From Eledone cirrhosa (taxonomy: Eukaryota), in the NCBI GenBank assembly GCA_964016885.1, contig OZ024742.1, positions 30,566,001-30,630,000 of the forward strand: 64,000 bases of DNA, given 5' to 3'. The notes beneath the pieces are model-generated. The model did not search any database, was not told the origin of the DNA, and saw only the letters and a program-made list of their open reading frames with translations. Positions 38,600 to 51,202 of the stretch are shown here, in pieces. Each line of letters starts with the position of its first letter. Within the stretch, counting starts at the first letter, position 1. The position numbers and the translations under genes are program-made.

Positions 38600-38920
38600 A
38601 TCCACAAGCAAGACCAGCTGAGCACATGGATGTTATCAACCATCCTGCTCAGGGTTTATCTTTGGGTCTCCTGCAGGTTGGTTTTGTTGATAAAATCTGT
38701 CCAGCAATCCTTTCCTGAGACATTATAACCACATACCCATAAGATTGAAGCTGTGATCTCTCAATTTGAAGAAGTAGCAGCTCTATCTGCAGCGACTCTC
38801 TGATCTCAGAGCTACACACTCTATCGAGTAATATTACTCTAAAGACCCTTCGGAGGAACCCTATTTTGGCCACTTGTATTTGTGACGTTATTTTTTGGTC
38901 ATTACCCAAGATTCATGACC
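38600..38920 (-). pseudogene. C-terminal fragment of a second, older RTE-clade family
   Basis: FLRRV..LLDRVCSSEIRESL..IERSQL..GYV..RRPKDKP; a related piece occurs near 42930-42980. Confidence 0.65.
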
Positions 38921-39698
38921 TGCTCAGTTAAATCTGACCTTGATTCTTTACAGTCCTTAATTATGTCCAGACCTTGATACCTAAAACACTGTCCCTTAGA
39001 CATCTACTTTAGCTCCCTCCCAATTCTCTGGTCTTCATTATTTGCTAGTTGCTGCCTCATTCAACCTGGTTCTGCCACAAAGTTCTACTTGTTCTTCAGC
39101 GTCAACATCTACAATGGAATAATATTCCCACACCTGTGTTTACATTCATAGCCAGATTTAATGGGGTAAATTCTCCGGGCCCCCTGGGGGAGGGAGGGGG
39201 GGGGGCACCAACAATGGCTGAAGCAATTTATTTGTGCCCTCAGCTGGGATTTTTATTTTTAAAACAGTTAGAATTTTTGAATTCAATACCTGTATGTATA
39301 ACGTTTCAATTCCAATTACTTGCAGCAAGCTAACTTTGATATGTAAAATTGGGAAGGTTTGCTGTGTATTCTAATTTTTTGTGCATAAGGGGGCCCTGCA
39401 AACTTGAAGTGCCCTGAGCCCCCCCCCTCCCCCTCCCCCAAGTCTAAATCCAACCATGTTTGCATTTGTGTCTCTTTCTGTGTTTATGTCCCACAAATTA
39501 GCAGTATGACAAAAGAGATTGATAAAAGAAATCCCAGATTTAAAATATATAACTACTGTGGATATGATTGACTAAATCCTTTTAAGGTGGTGCCCCACCT
39601 TGGCCACAGTCTAACTGAAACCTGTTAGAAAATTCAAATATATGTGTCTATCTCTCTCTCTCTATATATATCTATAATATTATAAAGCTGAGTATAAT

Positions 39699-39882
39699 TG
39701 TTTCTACTTTAGGCACAAGGCCAGCAATTACCCAGTGTATTACTGGTACTTTATTTTATCGACCCCGTAAGGATGAAAGGCAAAGTCAACCTCGGCGGGA
39801 TTTGAACTCAGACCGTAAAGGGACGTAACTATGCTGGAAAGCATGGCGTCCGACCCTCTACCGATACTGCCAATCCACCAAC
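39699..39882 (-). mobile_element. SINE family B, complete, with 12-bp TSD
   Basis: GCTGAGTATAAT at 39687-39698 and 39883-39894. Confidence 0.9.
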
Positions 39883-40883
39883 GCTGAGTATAATATTATA
39901 AAGCTATAGTTTCTTAGCTTTACTCTCTCCGTCGCTCTTCCCTCTCTCTATAATAGATCATTCCCCCTCACTATAATTTAACTGCTTTACTCTCTCTGTC
40001 GCTCTTCACTCTCAAATATTATAAAGCAGAGCGTTGCCTCTCTCTCTCTCTCCCCTCTTTCACCCTCTCTGTGAGCCCCGCGAGTTGGAGTGGCTTTTCC
40101 AGTGCGTCTCCCTTGCCGTCCTCCGGGGAAATGCCTTCTCCATTCTATCCGGCAGGGCTGTAGGTGGGCTCCATCGCGTACCGTTGTAGTTGTTGTATAC
40201 AGATATTAACTCATCAATCCCATTATTTATATCATATATCAACATAGAGATGAGCGTCGTATGTATGTTTATTTCAAAAGGATAGCCTCCTTCAAATTCG
40301 GTCAACACACAAGCAGGTAATACATACATCAAAAGGCAACCCTCTTAGAGAGACAGATTAGGAAAACTACACACACACACACATCTAATGAGAGAGAGAG
40401 GAGAGAGGGAGAGATGAGAGAGAGAGAGGAGAGATGAGAGATGAGAGAGAGACAGGGAAAGAGAAACAGGGGGACGGGAAAGCAGGTAATATATACATCT
40501 AAAATCATTTGGATACAAATATCATAATATAATGGTTTGCAGAACGAACATACAGACAAATATAATAATGTATGTATCCCACACACTTTTTCTGTCGTCG
40601 CTCGCATAAGTAACACACACACACACACACACAAATACACATACTTTCACACCTGATTTCGCCAATTGCCGGATAACATCAAAACAAAAAAACACACAGA
40701 CACACATGCAAATACACACATGCACAAACACACATACACATACACAAACACACACACACACATATCTATACTTTATATATATGTATGTATATAAGATCAT
40801 TCCCCCTCTCTATAATTTAACTGCTTTACTCTCTATATGACAACACTGTTTTAGTTTCGCGTATCTCCGTTCAATATATACAC

Positions 40884-40973
<90 letters not shown>

Positions 40974-41185
40974 AGAAAACTACACACACATCTATAGAGA
41001 GAGACAGAAAAACAGAGGAGGGGAAAAGAGAGAGATAGGCCGTTAGACAGAGAGAGATACAATTAAAGTGTTAGTTATTCAGAGAGAGAGAAAGCGGAAG
41101 GGACAATGTGACACGGGAGGGTGTGTGGTATCTTTGCAGTGGAGTGGTGGGGGCAGGTATACCTAGCCGGACGCCAGCCGGACGG

Positions 41186-41385
41186 NNNNNNNNNNNNNNN
41201 NNNNNNNNNNNNNNNNNNNNNNNNNNNNNNNNNNNNNNNNNNNNNNNNNNNNNNNNNNNNNNNNNNNNNNNNNNNNNNNNNNNNNNNNNNNNNNNNNNNN
41301 NNNNNNNNNNNNNNNNNNNNNNNNNNNNNNNNNNNNNNNNNNNNNNNNNNNNNNNNNNNNNNNNNNNNNNNNNNNNNNNNNNNNN
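41186..41385. other. Assembly gap (200 N)
   Basis: Run of 200 N; true distance unknown. Confidence 1.
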
Positions 41386-41456
41386 GGATCATTAACTCCT
41401 AACAACCGTATAACTGCATCACATTAAAACTTATATTTATATCATATATATATATA

Positions 41457-41960
41457 CTAGCTGAGGTACCCCGGTAATACCCCAGGAGCGGGGGTATTCC
41501 CAGTTCCCATTAAAATGCCCAATGCCTCTCAGACCAAAAAATGAAATCAAAATATAGGACATAAAAAAGCGAAGACAAGTTCGTTTACGAAACAATAATA
41601 CAAACAAATATTGTTGATTGCTTAGGCGAAAAAATGTTTGTCAGAGAAGTTGATGTGTTGCTATAAGGAAAAAAATAGAACCCCCATTAGAGGGTTTCAT
41701 TGCTGAAATTTTGTGAATAGGCATCATATCTTGTCATTTACCTATGGTTTAAATTTCATATAAATCGAAGGGAAAAAATTAAGCAGGGGTTCTTAGCAGG
41801 GGTTTGAATCCCCGAGGAACCCTTTGATTAAAATGAAATATACGTAAGAAATCAAATGGGCATGAGCCCCACACACGTGTCAAGTTTCATCAAGATCGGT
41901 ATGGTAGATTTTGAGTTGTAGGTTCACAAACAAACAGACAGAAATTGCCATTTATGTATA
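41457..41960 (-). mobile_element. Probable non-autonomous Helitron
   Basis: Minus-strand 3' end CTAG|T preceded by a GC-rich imperfect hairpin; GTCTGTTTGTTTG near the 5' end; homologous to 25663-25790. Confidence 0.55.
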
Positions 41961-42004
41961 TATATATATATATATATACTATAATATATATATACTATAT
42001 ATAT

Positions 42005-42053
<49 letters not shown>

Positions 42054-42147
42054 GTTATACGTAATTCTTTTCATTTGACATAACTTTGATAGGTGTCGGC
42101 CAGTTTTGGCCCAGGCTATGTCTAGCTTAAGGACTTCAGAATGATTA

Positions 42148-42194
42148 TTGCCTGATGAACCTGTGATAAACAGGCAAAAACTCCAGAGTAACAA
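42148..42194 (+). ncRNA. Degenerate hammerhead motif
   Basis: TTGC CTGATGA A CCTG-tgataaa-CAGG C AAAAA CTCCAGAG TA ACAA; G12 lost. Confidence 0.45.
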
Positions 42195-42302
42195 GACTCA
42201 CTAGTTAGCCTTATTTAAAATGAATATTAAAACTCTACATCGGTATTAATCGAGTACTCTTTTTTTTCAGCCATCACATATGGATATATAATATATATAT
42301 AT

Positions 42303-42345
<43 letters not shown>

Positions 42346-42368
42346 ACCACCACCATTACAACAGCAGA

Positions 42369-42463
42369 AATCCGACGAGCCTTTGATTCCAGAGTCAGGC
42401 CAAATCAATACAGATCAAACCTTGAGCTGATCAATAGCGAAACATGCATCACCAATCAATAAA
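42369..42463 (+). ncRNA. Degenerate hammerhead motif, long loop II family
   Basis: CCGACGA GCCTTTGAT..ATCAATAGC GAAA CATGCA TC ACC then AATAAA; homologous to 4703-4787. Confidence 0.45.
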
Positions 42464-42491
42464 CGTAACGAAGGCTTAACAAATCGTCCCT

Positions 42492-42557
<66 letters not shown>

Positions 42558-42654
42558 CATCATCATCATCATCATCATACGTCCCGCTTTTCCCTGCTTG
42601 CAAGGGTTGGACATATATATATAATATATAATATATATATATATAAAGAGAGAG

Positions 42655-42930
42655 AGATTAAATAGAATCGAAGTCAGTGTTGCAACATATGTACAAACTA
42701 TATTTGCATATTACAATAGTTTCGATATTGATCAGCTCAGAGTACAATCAAAGTTGACCGGGCCTGATGCTTTTTTCAACATCTTGTCAGATATTTGAGT
42801 TTATATGTGCAAAGACACATCAGTTTAGATAAAAGTTGTACATATGCTGCAACCCTGACTTCGGTTCTACTTAATCTATTTACACTCTGCACAACTACGG
42901 CCACATTCTCTGGAATACAACCCACACGAG
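42655..42930 (-). mobile_element. Fold-back insert with a hammerhead motif between ~42-bp inverted repeats
   Basis: IRs 42655-42696/42836-42877; minus strand ATAT CTGACAA GATGTTGA..TCAATATC GAAA CTATTG TA ATAT at 42708-42794 (G8 to A). Confidence 0.6.
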
Positions 42931-42994
42931 ACTGATCTCTGAGCTACACACTCTATTGAGTAACATTACTCAATAACCTTTCAGAGCAACACTG

Positions 42995-43410
42995 TGGTGA
43001 ATTGGCAGGATCGGTAGAGCGTCGGACAAAATGTTTTGCAGTATTTAGTTACGACCCTTTATTTTCTGAGTTCCAATCACACCAAGGTTAGCTTTGCCTT
43101 TCATCCTTATGGGGGTCGATAAAATAAAGTACCAGTAATACACTGGGATAATTGCTGGCCTTGTACCAAAAGTAGAAACAATTATTATTTGGCACAAGGC
43201 CAGCAATTATCCCAGTACATTACTGGTACTTTATTTTATCGACCCTGTAAGGATGAAAGGCAAAGTTAACCTCGACGGGAATTGAACTCAGACCGTAAAA
43301 GGCCGTAACTCTAAACTGCGTAGCATGGCGTCCGAGTATCTGTCGATAAAATAAAGTACCAGTAATGCACTGGCATAATTGCTGGCCTTGTGCCAAAAGT
43401 AAAACAATTA
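42995..43410. mobile_element. SINE family B cluster in +/-/+ orientation
   Basis: 42995-43187 (+), 43188-43343 (-), 43342-43410 (+ tail only). Confidence 0.85.
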
Positions 43411-43424
43411 TTATTATTATTATT

Positions 43425-43612
43425 GTGGGCTTTGTCCATGTGCGATCCTCGGAAGTCTCTCTCCTATTGGGGAATTTACTTTATTTGAATTTGTTTTAGA
43501 GTTTCCTTGTTGTTTATTATATGACTTTTTACACACCAAAACCCTCACTCTACTGTCTTGCGCAGTCCTTAATGTTTTCTTCATGTGAGCCCTGCATGGC
43601 TAATAAAGAAAT
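43425..43612 (+). mobile_element. Tx1-like 3' tail in (TTA)n
   Basis: CTCCTATTGGGGA..GTCC..GCCCTGCATGGCTAATAAAGAAAT, with TTA repeats on both sides. Confidence 0.6.
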
Positions 43613-43621
43613 CATTATTAT

Positions 43622-43810
43622 TGCTGATTGGCAGTATCGGTAGAGGGTTGGATGCCATGCTTTGACGCATAGAGTTACGGCCCTTGCCATTCTGAGTTCA
43701 AATCAAATCCCGCCGAGGTTAACTTTGCCTTTCATCCTTACGGGGTCGATAAAATAAAGTACCAGTAATGCACTGGGTAATTGCTGGCTTTGTGCCAAAA
43801 GTAGACACAA
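43622..43810 (+). mobile_element. SINE family B
   Basis: Matches 44285-44470. Confidence 0.88.
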
Positions 43811-43879
43811 CACAATTATTATTGCTATTATTATATTTCGTAATGCTTTTGCTCTAGCAGATATTATACCAACACTATA

Positions 43880-44270
43880 CGAAAACATAGCCAAAGGTCC
43901 TTTGGGTCATTCCTGCTCCTTCAACTTTCTAACACCCTTCTTAGAATCCTTGCTGTTCTTAGCAAGACTGTTCTATGCACCAATCCTGCCCTGAAGGTAA
44001 TTCCTAGCTTCTCAAGCCATGCATCCAACCTTTTACCAACTGCTCCCAGTTCATCAACCACAATTGGTACCACTTCTATGTGCCTGATTTCCATAGTAAC
44101 CTGATTTTCCTCTTCAACTCCTGGTCTTTCTCAACTTTCTCACTTTCCTTCTCATTCACCCTGTGGTCCCACGGTGGGGCAATATCCACAATACATGCCT
44201 TGTTATTCTTCTTTTCTAGTCACAATAAAATGATTGCACTGGATGGTCACGTCCCACAAGATCTTATTCA
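43880..44270 (-). pseudogene. Dong/R4-type RLE C-terminal fragment
   Basis: Minus strand translates as KACIVDIAPPWDHRVNEKESEKVEK..VVPIVV..LG..VLLRTARILRRVL. Confidence 0.7.
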
Positions 44271-44284
44271 GAAACCATTATTAT

Positions 44285-44680
44285 TGGTGAATTGGCAGTA
44301 TCGGTAGAGGGTCGGACGCCATGCTTTGACGCATAGAGTTACGGCCCTTACAATTCTGAGTTCAAATCCCGCCGAGGTTAACTTTGCCTTTCATCCTTAC
44401 GGGGTCGATAAAATAAAGTACCAGTAATACACTGGGTAATTGCTGGCCTTGTGCCAAAAAGTAGAAACAATTATTATTATTATTATTGGTGGATTGGCAG
44501 TATCGGTAGAGGGTCGGACGCCATGCTTTCCAACATAGTTACGTCCCTTTACGATCTGAGTTCAAATCCCGCCGAGGTTGACTTTGCCTTTCATCCTTAC
44601 GGGGTCGATAAAATAAAGTACCAGTAATACACTGGGTAATTGCTGGCCTTGTGCCTAAAGTAGAAACAATTATTATTATT
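44285..44680 (+). mobile_element. Two head-to-tail SINE family B copies separated by (TTA)n
   Basis: 44285-44470 and 44488-44672; B box GAGTTCAAATCC; (ATT)n tails. Confidence 0.9.
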
Positions 44681-44844
44681 ATTATTACTATGGGATGAAT
44701 AGAATTGTTAGAGTGTGAGAAAAAATATTTTTATGTTCTGAGTTCAAATGAGACTGAGGGGTCAGCTTGGTGTCACAGCCTTACGAGGTCAATAAAATAA
44801 AGTACCAGTCAAGTACAGGGGTTGATATTATATACTTTTCCTTC

Positions 44845-44874
44845 CTTCATCATCATCACCACCACCACCACCGC

Positions 44875-44906
<32 letters not shown>

Positions 44907-46560
44907 CCACCACCATAGTCACCACCACAATCATCATCATTATCACCACCGCCACCGCCACCACCACTATTATCATCACCATCATCATCATTAGTCACCA
45001 CCACAATCATCATCATTATCATCATCAAGGTTGTTGAACTATTAGAAATGGAAGAATTAGAAATGGAAGAATGATAGACAGATAGAGAGAGACTTTACAT
45101 TCTGAGTACAAATCCCGCCAAATTCAACTTTATTTGCCTTTCATCTTTCTGTGGGGATAGATGGGATGGGGTTGATAAAATATAGTACCAGTGAGATACT
45201 GAGGTTAACATTACTGACTTCTCTCCCCTCCTCTCATAATGTCTATGGCTGGCTTTGTGCTGACCATAGAAATTATTATTATTATTATAATTGTTTTCCA
45301 TATTTCCATTAGGGCGTGTTCTTTCTTGTTTGTCATAAAACACAGCTGGGCCCCTTCCCAACCCCAGCTACTTATGCTTTTACCTTCCTCCTCCCACCTT
45401 TTACAACAACACCACCACCACAACAGCACCACATCACCACTACCAACACAACAACAGCAGCAGCACCACATTACTACCACCAATATAACAGCACCCCACC
45501 ACCACCACTAATACCACCACATTACTACCACTACCACCAGAACAACAACAACAGCACCACATCACCACCAACACCACAACAACAGCACCACATCACCAAC
45601 ACCACAACAATAGCACCACATCACCACCACCACCACCATCACCAACACAATATCACCACCACCACCACCACCACCACCACAACAACAACAGCACCACATC
45701 ACATCCCCCACCACCACCACCACCACCACAACAACAACAGCACCACATCACATCCCCCACCACCATATCCACCATACCATTACATCCACCACTACATTCA
45801 CCACACCATCACCTCCATCACCACAACCTCCCCCCATATCACCACTACCACCACTCCCCCACCACCGCCACCAGACACCATACATCCCCCAGTGCCATCA
45901 CCATACTCCTTCTTCCCCCCTTTCTCCTCTCCTCCACCTTTCACTCCCATCACTTCCTTTCCTCCCCGACATCACCACCACCAGAACAACAATAACGGCA
46001 CCACATCACATCCCCCACCACATCCACCACTACATTCACCACACCACCACCACCACAACCTCCCCCCATATCACCCCCACCACTATCATTACACAACCAC
46101 CACAACAACAATAACAACAACACTGTAGGTCTGTGAGCAATCAGTGTTACATGTACTATAAATAAAGGGGAAGGGGTGGGGGCGTGACAGCCAGCGAACT
46201 AGAGCGGCACTGGAACGGCGGCGGCGGCTCGGTTAAAGGAGAGGGTGGGGGTGAGAAAAGTGGCGTGTTGAAATCTATCCTCTCTTTTTCCCCCCTTTTT
46301 TCCTTCTTCTTTGTTCTTGTTATGTATGTGTATGTATGTGTGTATGTATGTGTGTATGTAGGTATGTATGTGTGTATGTATGTGTGTATGTAGGTATGTA
46401 TATATATGTTTGAATGATTGTATGTATGTATGTATGTATGTAAGTATGTATGTTTGTATGTTTGAATGTTTGTATGTGGTATGTATGCATATATGTATGT
46501 ATGTAAGTGTATGTATGTTTGTATGTTTGTATGCATGTATGTATGTATGTATGTATATAC
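44845..46560. repeat. (CAT)n/(CAC)n/(CAA)n and (TATG)n low-complexity tracts with decayed SINE pieces
   Basis: Direct reading; source of the poly-His and poly-Thr pseudo-ORFs. Confidence 0.85.
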
Positions 46561-46566
46561 ATATGT

Positions 46567-46882
46567 ACCGCACGGTTAAACCACTGGAAGTGAAGGACCC
46601 CTAGCCTTTGTCAGGGAATTCTTCTAGGAGAAGGTATCTCAGGAAACTGGGATAACTCCGATATAAAACCTGCGGCTCAGTAGTTACCGATGATGATCTT
46701 TTCTTCATTTCAGGTTATAGCTACTGTCGCTCAGAGAGTGGGATTGGTTCAGTGCACAGTCTTTCCTCACTTTAGAAAATATCTTCATGCACAGGCATTG
46801 CATGTTAGAATTAATTAATAATTATTAATGATGGTATATCATGCAATGGCCGTACTCGATAACGAGGGAGCAGCCATCATGT
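46567..46882 (+). mobile_element. 5'-truncated relative of the 33241-33851 element, in (TATG)n
   Basis: Shared internal blocks and 3' end. Confidence 0.6.
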
Positions 46883-47010
46883 AAGTGTATGTATGTTTGT
46901 ATATATGTGTATTTTGTATGTTTGTATGTTTGTATGTATGTATGTGTGTATTTATGTATATATGCATGTTTGTATGAATGTATGCATGCATGTTTGTGTG
47001 TATATATATA

Positions 47011-47297
47011 TCATCATCATCATCATCATCGTTTAACGTCCATCTTCCACGCTTGCATGGGTTTGGACGGGAGTTTTCCCACTTGAGGCAAGATTGGTTG
47101 TCTTGCTCGCATAGGACTGTCTGGCGGGTTTTCTACAGCTGGATGCCCTTCCTAAAACCAAACACGTTTACAGTGTGGACTGGGAGGTTTTTACCGTGTT
47201 ACCTACACGGCCACATTACAGCGTGGACTGTGTGTTTTTTTTTTCGTGACACCTACACGACCTCATTTATTTCGAACTGGATGTTGTGGTACCAACA
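47011..47297 (-). mobile_element. RTE LINE, 3' UTR only
   Basis: Near-identical to 528-812. Confidence 0.9.
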
Positions 47298-49013
47298 TTG
47301 TGTGTGTGTGTGTGTATATATATGTGTATATATTTATATGTATCTATATATGTTTATATGTTCTATGTAATGGAATGGATCTGCAGTGTCAGTGTTGCAT
47401 CATATATTATTTACAGTGGTGGTGGTGGTGTTGGTGGTGATAGTTGTAGTGATGGTGGGGTAAGGTTTAATTTATTCCTTATCTTTCCAGGGTTGACAGT
47501 ACCAGTAATATGCTAGGTCAATTTAATCAACTATGCAGGAAGTCATGATGTATTTATGTAAATACTAAAATATTTGCTTGGTATTGTACCTAAATGTTAG
47601 TATTTATGTTGATTTTAAATTGGGTGGTGGATTGGCAGAATCGGTAGAGCATCGGACACCATGCTTTACAGCATAGAGTTCAAATCCTGCCAAGATTAAC
47701 TTTGCCTTTCATCCTTACGGGGTCGATAAAATAAAGTACCAGTAATACACTGGGGTCGATTTAATCAACTTTCTCCTCCCCTAAAATTGTTCCAGTAATA
47801 TACTGGTTAATATTTAATCGATTGTATTCCTTTATCCTACCAATTATTGTGTTCCCTTAGCATGGAAAATGGACGTTAAATGGTGATGATGATGACAACA
47901 ATCGCTAATGGGAGTGTATGGTGTTCATGCATTTCTCAATAGTGACATGACTGAAGTTGAATAGTCTCAGTTGAGGATCATGGGGCCAAGGTTATTGACC
48001 TCTTCATGGTGGGCCCTGTAAATTGATCACTGATCGCTGATATAGATCAGGTGAACGATGGCATCCTATGACAGCAACAGTGTCATACACATAAAGAAGA
48101 AGAAGAAAAAGAAGATCACCAACTACAACATTATTAATGATTTCATTGTTAAACGTTGATGATGATAATGGTGATGACAACTTCAAAAGAGACATGTGAA
48201 TCTTATATAAAATTATGCTGGAAGGTTTTACTATAAATAAGAACCCTTCAACATGAAATACATTCTATTTCAATTAATTCATAAAGAATGTTTAGGGAGT
48301 TACTAAATCTATTAATTATTTAATTACTAAGATAATAACTTGTGTTTCTTATATAAAATTATGTTGGAAGATTTGAATTTAAAATAGGAGCCTGTTAAAA
48401 TTACTGGTATTGTTTCATAGAATTAGGTCCAGTTTTGACTAGGATGGTATTAAAAGGGTTAGTATGTCTGGTGTTGTTTTATAGGACAAGGGGCAGTTTT
48501 GATTAGGGTCAGTTTTGACCAGGTCCAGTTTTGATCAGGGTCAGTTTTGACCAGGTTCAGTCTTGAAAAGAAAAACTTGATAATTAACCACAGAATTTAA
48601 ATAAAGAATGTGAGTGTAACATCTGTCTGTGTGTGAGTGTATGTATTTGTGTGTGTGTGTGAGTGTGTGAGTGTGTGAGTGTATGTATGTGTGTGTGAGT
48701 GTATGTGTGTGTGTATGTGAGAGTGTATGTATGTATGTGTGTGTGAGTGTATGTATGTGTGTGTGTGAGTGTATGTATTTGTGTGTGTGTGTGTGTGAGT
48801 GTATGTATTTGTGTGTGTGTGTGTGTGAGTGTATGTATTTATGTGTGAGTGTGTGTGGAAGTAATTGTCTTTAAATGTCATATTGATTCCACAGTCCAAT
48901 GAGTCTCTATGACTTTCACCTACCCACACCCCCCACACACATTCTCTCCCTCTCACACTCACACATGCACACAAACATAGACTCATATATGCACCCACAC
49001 TCACACTCACACA

Positions 49014-49120
<107 letters not shown>

Positions 49121-49297
49121 AGTGTGTGTATATAAAGAGAGAAAAAGAATGAGAGAGGAGTAAGGGAGAAGGGACACAGAGAGAAAGTGTGTGTTTGTAT
49201 GTGTAAATATACATATATATTTATATATATATATTTATATATATACATATATATAATATATTTTACATACAATATATGTAAGTAATAAATGTATATA

Positions 49298-49368
<71 letters not shown>

Positions 49369-49625
49369 TATATTTTACATACAATATATACAGTAGGACA
49401 TTCCCTTCATCTGCTGCTGACTGGAGCAGACAACAATTTTGCCGCCTTTTTTCACAGTGTCGCTCCCTCTACCAACGTTGAGCAAGATTAATGTTAGTAG
49501 GGAATATCTGGTCTACATCGTAACATGCCTTTTTCATCATGTTATCCATTAAAGTAATTTCACCACCAAACTAGGAGCAGCTGCACTGACTCCAACCATA
49601 AAGCAACTGTTTTGTTTTTATTAAC

Positions 49626-50210
49626 TTTGGATTGGCAGAATTAGTAGAGCATTGGAGAAAATGCTTTGTGGCATGAAGTTGTGGTCTTTTATTCTCTGAG
49701 TTCAAATCCTCCCGAGGTTAACTCTGCCTTTTAACCTTATGGAGATTGGTAAAATAAACTACCAGTAACATGTACTAGCTACAGCAGTACATATTCTAAA
49801 ATTGGAACAATACAGAGAAGATTAGCATGGCCCCTGTGCAAAGATGACATGCAAATTTGTGAAGTGTCCTATATTTTTTAAGTTGTAGTGCACCTGAGCA
49901 TTGTTACCAATAATTTCCATTATACAACATCCTGGGGTCATTTTAATTGATTTGCCTCTCTCCCAAAATTGTTGGTCTTGTACATAAATTAGAAACCATT
50001 ACTTTGGATTGGGAGAATTGGTAGAGTGCTGGACAAAATGCTCTGTGGCATTTAGTTATGTCTCTCTAGGTTCTGAGTTCAAATCATGTCAGAGTTAACT
50101 TTGCCTGGGGTTGATAAAATAAAGTACCCGTAAAGTACTGGGGTAAATATGATCGACTTTGTCCCCTCCTCTTCAAATTGCTGGCCTTGTGTCAAAAGTA
50201 GAAACAATTA
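49626..50210 (+). mobile_element. Two decayed SINE family B-related copies; the first is split by the U6 insert
   Basis: TGGATTGGCAGAATT..GAGTTCAAATC..AAATAAA(C/G)TACC; the first copy resumes at 49931. Confidence 0.7.
49772..49879 (+). ncRNA. U6: U6 snRNA, full-length retrocopy (pseudogene)
   Basis: CTAAAATTGGAACAATACAGAGAAGATTAGCATGGCCCCTGTGCAAAGATGACATGCAAATTTGTGAAG..TATTTTTT matches U6 including the ACAGAGA box and AGC triad; upstream DNA is SINE, not a U6 promoter. Confidence 0.93.
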
Positions 50211-50404
50211 TCATGCAGGGTTGTTGAAGAATGATGATGATGATGATGATAGCAAGGTTGTTGAAGACTTGAATATCACAGCAGGTATATTCTGGCAGAG
50301 ATTTTTCACATGTTAGAATTTTCCCCAATGAAGTGTAGCCTCCTCACTGATAACAATTAGATTTATTGTTCCGACTGCATCATTTGGCCAGGGAGAGGAG
50401 TAAA

Positions 50405-51202
50405 TCATACTTGATCTGGAGAGGTATCAAGCCTGGTTGGCCTCATTTGATCTGGAAAGGTATTACAGCCTAGTTAGCCTCATTTGATCTGGAGAGGTAT
50501 TACAGCCTAGCTGACTCCATTTGATCTGGAGAAGTATCACAACTTAGCTAGCCTCATTTGATCTGGAGAGGTATCACAGCCTAGCTGGTCATATTTGATC
50601 TAGAAAGATGTCACAGCCTAGCTGGCCTCATTTGATCTGGAGAGGTATTACAGTTAGCTGGCCTCATTTGATCTGGAGAGGTATCACAGCCTAGCTGGCC
50701 TCATTTGATCTAGAGAGGTATTACAGCTAGCTGGCTCCATTTCATCTTGAGAGGTTTCACAGCCTAGCTGACTCCATTTGATCTGGAGAAGTATCACAAC
50801 TTAGCTAGCCTCATTTGATCTGGAGAGGTATCACAGCCTAGCTAGCCTCATTTGATCTGGGGAAGAGAGAAGGAAATCATATTTAATCTGGAGAAGAATT
50901 ACAGCCTAGCTAACCTCTAGAGAGGAGAGGAGAGGAGTAAATCATATTTGGTCTGGAGAGGTATCACAGCCAAACTGGCCTCATTTGATCTGAAGAGGTA
51001 TCATAGCCTAGCTGGCCATATTTGATCTGGAGAGGTATCACAGCCTAGCTGGCCATATTTGGTCTGGAGAGGTGTCAGAGCCAAACCGGCTTCATTTGAT
51101 CTGAAGAGGTATCGCAGCCTAGCTGGCCTCATTTGATCTGGAGAGGTATCACAGCCTAGTTGGCCTCATTTGATCTGGAGAGGTATCACAGCCTAGTTGG
51201 CC
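50405..51202. repeat. 37-bp tandem minisatellite, about 20 diverged units
   Basis: Unit GCCTCATTTGATCTGGAGAGGTATCACAGCCTAGCTG. Confidence 0.92.

Noticed and set aside
39147-39458. hAT-like MITE with G/C-rich subterminal tracts
   Set aside because: Putative TIRs are too degenerate and no 8-bp TSD was found.
48424-48565. 16-bp subrepeats (GGTCAGTTTTGACCA) as a transposon end
   Set aside because: Only a few decayed units and no matching opposite terminus.
50405-51202. CRISPR array (37-bp repeats)
   Set aside because: Units are contiguous and diverged with no spacers; eukaryotic context.
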